A DNA stretch of 64,000 nt from Alphaproteobacteria bacterium. Lineage in GTDB: Bacteria > Pseudomonadota > Alphaproteobacteria > GCA-2746255. Under the pieces are notes generated by a model. The model saw only the letters and a list, made by a program, of their open reading frames with translations, did no database searches and was not told the DNA's origin. A program made the position numbers and the translations under genes. Where the stretch lies: the NCBI GenBank assembly GCA_965249135.1, contig OZ252220.1, positions 1,984,001 to 2,048,000 on the forward strand, in the 5' to 3' direction. Positions 58,620 through 64,000 of the stretch are shown in pieces (position 1 is the first letter of the stretch; each line of letters starts with the position of its first letter).

Positions 58620-59501
58620 ATGCTCGCCAGTGCCCTGATCCTGTTTCGCGAAGTTTTCGAGGCGGCCCTCATCATCGGGATCGTTATGGCGGCGACGAAA
58701 GGGGTCTCCGGACGTAGCCGCTGGGTGCTCTATGGCATCGGCGGCGGCCTTGCCGGCGCCTCGCTGGTCGCGGCCTTTGCGCAAACGATCGGCGATGCGG
58801 CAGAAGGCATGGGTCAGGAATATTTCAACGCCGGCGTGCTGTTCCTCGCCGTCGTCATGCTCGGCTGGCACAACGTCTGGATGAGCCGCCACGGCCGCAA
58901 GATCACCAGCCAGATGAACGAGATGGGAAAAGCGGTTTCCTTGGGCGCCCGTCCGCTTTACGTGCTTGCCACCGTCGTCGGGCTTGCCACCCTGCGGGAG
59001 GGCTCCGAGATTGTGCTCTTCCTTTACGGTATTGCGCTCAGCGGCGCCGCCGCGATGGAAATGCTGATCGGCAGCGCAGGGGGGCTGGCCGGTGGCGTAG
59101 CGGTCGGCTTCGCCCTTTATTTCGGTCTCCTGCGCATTCCGACGAAGCATCTCTTCACCGTGACGAACTGGATGATCCTGTTACTGGCTGCCGGGCTCGC
59201 CTCCCAAGGCGCCCACTACCTTGTTCAGGCAGGCGTCCTGCCCACGTTCGGCCAGACGATCTGGGATAGCTCCCATCTCCTTTCCGAACGCAGCATGCTG
59301 GGTCAACTCCTTCATACATTGATCGGTTACAGCGCCCGGCCGGACGGTATCCAGCTCGTCTTTTATATCGTGACCTTGATTGTCATCGGTGCGCTGATGC
59401 AGCTCTATGGCGGCACAGCCATGCCGAAGCCGAACGCAGCCCTACGCACGATGGCAGCGCCTGCTGTCGGCGGGTCTTCTTCTTGCCGGCAGCGCCTCTA
59501 A
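58620..59501 (+). CDS. FTR1-family iron permease
   Basis: Two RExxE motifs (REVFE, REGSE), about 7 TMs. Confidence 0.93.
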   Translation: MLASALILFREVFEAALIIGIVMAATKGVSGRSRWVLYGIGGGLAGASLVAAFAQTIGDAAEGMGQEYFNAGVLFLAVVMLGWHNVWMSRHGRKITSQMNEMGKAVSLGARPLYVLATVVGLATLREGSEIVLFLYGIALSGAAAMEMLIGSAGGLAGGVAVGFALYFGLLRIPTKHLFTVTNWMILLLAAGLASQGAHYLVQAGVLPTFGQTIWDSSHLLSERSMLGQLLHTLIGYSARPDGIQLVFYIVTLIVIGALMQLYGGTAMPKPNAALRTMAAPAVGGSSSCRQRL

Positions 59502-60188
59502 GGCACATGCGACCCATAAGGTCTATTCACCGCATGTCGAAGAGGGCGAAGCAGAGATCGAATTGCGAAGTCATGTGGACTTCGATGGCAATTCCTCGAA
59601 GAACAAGAAAAACAAACACAAGCTCGATCTTGGTTATGGCTTCACGGATTTCTGGTGGCAGGAAGTCGTTTTTGAATATGAACAGGTACAGGGAGAGAGC
59701 CTGAACTTTGAAGCGGTCGAGTTCGAAAGTGTTTTTCAATTAACGCCGCAGGGCGCCTACTACGCCGATCTTGGGCTATATGTCGAATATTCCCTCGCCG
59801 ATGATGCAGGCAAGGCCGACAAGGTGAAGCTCGGCCCCATTTTCCAAAAGGGCTTCGGACGGACGCTGATCACCTTCAACACGTTCTTCAGGAAAGAAAT
59901 TGGTGCGAACCAGGAAAAGGAACTCGAATTCGAGTATGGCTGGCAGGCAAAGTATCGCTTTATGCCTGAGTTCGAGTTTGGCTTGGAGGCCTTCGGTAAA
60001 CCCGGCGAGATCAACGACTTCAAGGCTGTCTCCGCACAAGAGCACCAGCTTGGCCCGGTCATTTACGGGAAATTCCCCTTAACGAACATGACCGCCTTCA
60101 AATACGAGGCAGGCCTGCTGTTCGGCCTCACGAGTGCTCCCCGAACACCACCTTCAAGTGGCTCTTGGAATACGAATTCCGCCTTTAA
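59407..60188 (+). CDS. Putative outer-membrane beta-barrel of the iron-uptake locus; frameshift near 60137, start uncertain (possibly fused to FTR1)
   Basis: AHA cleavage site then THKVYSPHVEEGE; alternating beta strands; corrected C-terminus TTFKWLLEYEFRL-TAA. Confidence 0.7.
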
Positions 60189-60193
60189 AAAGC

Positions 60194-61456
60194 TTAGGAA
60201 AGCCAATCGGGGACCGATTCCCGAGCGAGGATCGATTCGACCGTCGGTCGCGGGCGAATCACCGCAAACCGGTCGCCATTGACCAGCACCTCCGGTACAA
60301 GCGGGCGCGTGTTGTACTCGGATGCCATGACGGCGCCGTAGGCCCCGGCCGAGCGAATGGCCAGCAGGTCTCCCGTCTGGACCGGCGGCAAGGGCTGGCC
60401 GCTTGCGAAAATGTCGCTGCTCTCGCAGACCGGGCCTACGATCTCGACCGGCTCCTGGTGATCGGCAGCCCCTGGCTCCGCCACGGGCTCGACGCGATGG
60501 GAGGCACCGTAAAGAGCCGGCCGGAGCAGGTCGTTCATGGCCGCGTCCACGATGACGAAGGGGCGCTCCGAGCCTGCCTTTACGTGGATAACCCGCGTTA
60601 CCAAGATCCCGGCATTGCCGGCAATCAGCCGGCCCGGTTCGAGGATCAATCGGCAATCGAGTGGCGCCGTTACCTGCCGGATCAGATCCGCATATTCCGA
60701 AGGCTCCGGAGGGAGTTCGTCACCATAGGGAATGCCAAGCCCGCCTCCGAGATCGAGCCGTTCGATCCGATGGCCATCTTCCTTAAGGGTCGTCACGAGC
60801 TCGGCCACCCGTGCGAAGGCGGCACGAAACGGCGCCAGGTCGACAAGCTGCGATCCGATATGAACGGCGATGCCGACGACCTCGATTCCGGGCAGGCTGG
60901 CGGCCAGCGCACAGGCGTTCTCGATGTGCTCCCTTTCGATACCGAACTTGTCTTCTCGACGCCCGGTCGCAATCTTCTGGTGGGTTTGGGGATCGACGTC
61001 CGGGTTCACGCGCAGTGCCACCGGGGCTTGCACGCCGCGCGCACTGGCCAGCTCGCTTAAGGCCTCCAGCTCGGCCTCCGATTCGACGTTGAACTGCAGG
61101 ATCTGCGAATCGAGCGCATGAGCCATCTCCTCCCTTGTCTTGCCGACGCCGGAAAAGACGATTCGTTCCGCCGGGATCCCCGCCGCCAGCGCGCGCTGGA
61201 GTTCGCCACCCGAGACGACATCAGCGCCGGCGCCAAGCTCGGCCAGCGTACGAAGCACCGCCTGGTTCGAATTCGCTTTTACGGCATAGCAGATCGTCGC
61301 ATTCTGGCCTTCGAAGGCAGCCTCGAACACGCCGTAATGGCGAACTAGCGTCGCCGTCGAATAACAATAAAACGGCGTACCGATCGCCTCGGCGATGCGG
61401 GGGATCGGTACCTCCTCGGCGGAGAGCACCCCGTCGCGATAGATAAAATGGTTCAT
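60194..61456 (-). CDS. lysA: Diaminopimelate decarboxylase
   Basis: YAVKANSN, HIGSQ, DLGGGLG, EPGR, GPVCESSD. Confidence 0.97.
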   Translation of the reverse strand: MNHFIYRDGVLSAEEVPIPRIAEAIGTPFYCYSTATLVRHYGVFEAAFEGQNATICYAVKANSNQAVLRTLAELGAGADVVSGGELQRALAAGIPAERIVFSGVGKTREEMAHALDSQILQFNVESEAELEALSELASARGVQAPVALRVNPDVDPQTHQKIATGRREDKFGIEREHIENACALAASLPGIEVVGIAVHIGSQLVDLAPFRAAFARVAELVTTLKEDGHRIERLDLGGGLGIPYGDELPPEPSEYADLIRQVTAPLDCRLILEPGRLIAGNAGILVTRVIHVKAGSERPFVIVDAAMNDLLRPALYGASHRVEPVAEPGAADHQEPVEIVGPVCESSDIFASGQPLPPVQTGDLLAIRSAGAYGAVMASEYNTRPLVPEVLVNGDRFAVIRPRPTVESILARESVPDWLS

Positions 61457-61584
61457 TGCGGGTATTGCCTTGGGTAGTCGCTTTTCTTCCCAGGCGGTGG
61501 CTCAAGTGAACCCTTCTTGCCACAAGCGTTCAGCGTTATGGCAAGACAAAAGGCAAGCACCAGCGAAAGAATCGCCTGCCTCAT
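61453..61584 (-). CDS. Small lipoprotein (LptM/LppL-like)
   Basis: [43 protein letters not shown]; lipobox LNAC-GKKG; ATGA overlaps with argH and lysA. Confidence 0.85.
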   Translation of the reverse strand: MRQAILSLVLAFCLAITLNACGKKGSLEPPPGKKSDYPRQYPQ

Positions 61585-62990
61585 AAGAAACGACCTCTCG
61601 CCTTACGTATAGCTTCCCGTACGTTTTCCGGTGCTGTACCGCCGGCGCTCGTCCGGCTTTCGACGGAACGCTCGACGCCCAGCACATCGAAAACGGCCTC
61701 CGTGATTCCAGCCTCGACGCGCTGCATATCTCCAATGAAGAGCGCTTCCAGGCCGACGCCCTTCTTCTCCGCCTGCTTCACGAGCTCGCCGGTGACGCGA
61801 TGGGCCTCGCGGAAGCTGAGTCCAAGCACCCGGACCAGCCAGTCGGCGAGATCCGTCGCCGTCGTATAGCCTTCGCCCGCCGCCACATGCATCCGCTCCT
61901 TATCCACCTCGAGGTCGACAACCATGCCGGTCATCGCGGCGAGGCACAGAAGCAAGGTATCAGTCGTATCAAACACCGGCTCCTTGTCCTCCTGCATGTC
62001 CTTGCTATAGGTGAGCGGCAGCCCCTTCATCACGATGAGAAGGGCGGAAAGCGCGCCCAGGATCCGGCCTGTCTTGCCACGAACGAGTTCGGCGGCATCC
62101 GGATTGCGCTTTTGGGGCATGATCGAGCTGCCCGTCGAAAAGGCGTCGGAAAGGCGTACAAAGCCAAACGCCGTGCTTGACCAAAGCACGATCTCTTCGG
62201 CCAGCCGCGATAGGTGTGTCGCCGCAATCGCCGCAGTGCTCAGAAATTCCAACGCAAAGTCCCGATCGCTCACGGCGTCCATCGAGTTTGCCATTGGGCG
62301 GTCGAAGCCAAGGGTTGCCGCCGTCATCTCCCGATCGATGGGGAAGGACGTTCCGGCAAGCGCCGCCGCACCGAGCGGACTTTCGTTCAGCCGCTTCCGA
62401 CAATCCTGAAACCGTCCCCGGTCGCGCCCGAACATCTCGACATAGGCCAGAAGATGATGGCCGAAGGATACCGGTTGGGCCGCCTGGAGATGCGTGAAGC
62501 CGGGCAGCAAGGTCTCGGCGTGCTCTTCGGCCCGGTCGATCAGTGCCGCCTGCAGCTCCCGGATCGCAAGGTCGCACGCGTCGATCGCCTCCCGCACCCA
62601 AAGCCGAAGGTCGGTGGCCACCTGATCGTTCCGCGAACGCGCCGTATGCAGTTTCCCTGCGGCGTTGCCGATAAGCTCCCGAAGCCGTACTTCGATATTC
62701 ATGTGGATGTCCTCAAACACCGTCTTGAACTCAAATTCACCTTTCTCGATCTCCGCTTCGATTCGCTCAAGACCCATGAGAATTTCCTCACCGTCCTTGC
62801 GATCCAGAATCCCAGTCGCGATGAGCATGGCGCAATGCGCCTTCGAGCCGGCGATGTCCTGCGCATAAAGGCGCTTGTCAAAGCCGATGGAAGCATTAAT
62901 TGTCTCAAGGACAGCATCCGGGCCGCCGTCAAAACGGCCCTGCCGTATTGTTCGGTTGCCATCCTTCGCGGAGGAGGTCTTTGGTTTCAT
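61581..62990 (-). CDS. argH: Argininosuccinate lyase
   Basis: [35 protein letters not shown]. Confidence 0.97.
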   Translation of the reverse strand: MKPKTSSAKDGNRTIRQGRFDGGPDAVLETINASIGFDKRLYAQDIAGSKAHCAMLIATGILDRKDGEEILMGLERIEAEIEKGEFEFKTVFEDIHMNIEVRLRELIGNAAGKLHTARSRNDQVATDLRLWVREAIDACDLAIRELQAALIDRAEEHAETLLPGFTHLQAAQPVSFGHHLLAYVEMFGRDRGRFQDCRKRLNESPLGAAALAGTSFPIDREMTAATLGFDRPMANSMDAVSDRDFALEFLSTAAIAATHLSRLAEEIVLWSSTAFGFVRLSDAFSTGSSIMPQKRNPDAAELVRGKTGRILGALSALLIVMKGLPLTYSKDMQEDKEPVFDTTDTLLLCLAAMTGMVVDLEVDKERMHVAAGEGYTTATDLADWLVRVLGLSFREAHRVTGELVKQAEKKGVGLEALFIGDMQRVEAGITEAVFDVLGVERSVESRTSAGGTAPENVREAIRKARGRFL

Positions 62991-63010
62991 GTCACAATAC
63001 AAGATTCACA

Positions 63011-63592
63011 GTGTCTAACCGCTTACGTCTAATTCTCTTTTTGGGAGCGTTTGCCGTTCTTGCCAGTCTTGCGGTCTGGTGGTGGCAACCCAACCGCGTG
63101 CCGGCTGAACGCCCCGTGCCAACGGTCCAGCACTTTACGCCGCTTTCAAAGCCCCGACCAGTACCGGATGTGGTCTTCTATGACGGGGATGAATCGGAAC
63201 GACGCTTTGCGGATTTTCGCGGAAAGGGGATCGTTCTGAACTTCTGGGCCACTTGGTGTGGTCCTTGCGTCCGTGAAATGCCGACCCTCGATCGGTTGGC
63301 GGATCGGATCGCCAAGGATGACATTGTCGTTCTCCCGCTTTCCCAGGACCGCAAGGGACTTGCGGTCGTGAAACCCTTCTATAAGCGCCTCGGAATAAAA
63401 AATCTCGAGATTTATCTAGATCCGAAAGGCAAGGCAGCAGGTCCGTTTGGCCTGGAATCCCTGCCCGTCACCGTCTTCGTCGATCGCGAGGGCCTGATGG
63501 TCGGAAGCCTCACCGGCCTTGCCGAGTGGGATTCCCCGGAAGCCATCGCACTCATCCGCTCTTATCTTGGGAAATCGGCTGCCCGGGATTAG
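63011..63592 (+). CDS. tlpA: TlpA-family thiol:disulfide oxidoreductase
   Basis: N-terminal TM, LNFWATWCGPCVREMPTLD; divergent from argH. Confidence 0.9.
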   Translation: MSNRLRLILFLGAFAVLASLAVWWWQPNRVPAERPVPTVQHFTPLSKPRPVPDVVFYDGDESERRFADFRGKGIVLNFWATWCGPCVREMPTLDRLADRIAKDDIVVLPLSQDRKGLAVVKPFYKRLGIKNLEIYLDPKGKAAGPFGLESLPVTVFVDREGLMVGSLTGLAEWDSPEAIALIRSYLGKSAARD

Positions 63593-64000
63593 CGAGTGGG
63601 CACGGGCTCTGCGCCGGAGTAGTCGTAAAAGCCGCGTTTTGTCTTTCGACCCAGCCAACCGGCTTCGACGTATTTCACCAGCAGCGGGCAGGGGCGATAC
63701 TTCGTGTCCGCCAAACCCTCGTTCAATACCTGCATGATGGAGAGGCAGACGTCGAGTCCGATGAAATCGGCGAGCTCCAGCGGTCCCATCCGGTGGTTTG
63801 CACCCAATCGCATGGCGCGATCGATCTCTTCGACGGAGCCGACGCCCTCATAGAGGATGTAGATCGCCTCGTTGATCATAGGAACGAGAATACGGTTCAC
63901 AATGAAAGCTGGAAAATCTTCCGCAACGGAGACGGTTTTCCCAATCCGCTTCGCAAGGTCCTGGATCGTGTGAAACGTCTCGTCATTCGTCGCAATCCCG
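63589..64000 (-). CDS. hbd: 3-hydroxybutyryl-CoA dehydrogenase (5' end outside window)
   Basis: FIVNRILVPMINEA, GANHRMGPLELADFIGLD, GRKTKRGFYDY. Confidence 0.93.
   Translation of the reverse strand, partial: GIATNDETFHTIQDLAKRIGKTVSVAEDFPAFIVNRILVPMINEAIYILYEGVGSVEEIDRAMRLGANHRMGPLELADFIGLDVCLSIMQVLNEGLADTKYRPCPLLVKYVEAGWLGRKTKRGFYDYSGAEPVPTR

Overview
This 64-kb window looks alphaproteobacterial (Rhodospirillales-like gene order). It holds a beta-oxidation operon (thiolase, FadN-type dehydrogenase/hydratase, FadE) and an accessory stretch at about 5.8-19.3 kb. That stretch encodes DoxX, a small Cys-rich protein, a rhodanese, an ArsM-like methyltransferase, a MarR regulator, a cytochrome P460-family protein with Cys-rich NPC/AAK repeats, DUF3179, a GMC oxidoreductase, an acyl-CoA synthetase, DUF1329, a second haem-less P460 paralogue, DUF6969 and cytochrome c2. 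Next come pqqABCDE with two ABC transporter sets typical of PQQ-dependent alcohol oxidation, and a large NAD-glutamate dehydrogenase. Core genes follow (purH, an LPS cassette, rpe, rsmB, acs, gpsA, tsaD, hemCD-COG4223-hemY, tRNA-Thr, cspA, lysA, argH, tlpA, hbd). An IS1595-family element with cargo and a Fur-type-boxed cupredoxin/FTR1 iron-uptake locus are also present. The most unusual items are: (1) a secreted protein that fuses a BamA-like POTRA domain to a P460 fold lacking both the CxxCH motif and the cross-link Lys, 6 kb from a CxxCH-bearing P460 paralogue with about 20 repeat cysteines; (2) the IS1595 element, which carries a decayed DUF3800-like gene followed by a nested structured RNA and a hairpin duplication that creates a leader ORF; (3) an apparent FTR1 permease/outer-membrane barrel fusion; (4) recurrent short tandem duplications and frameshifts confined to accessory genes. 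All family calls come from motif recognition by eye; no searches were run.
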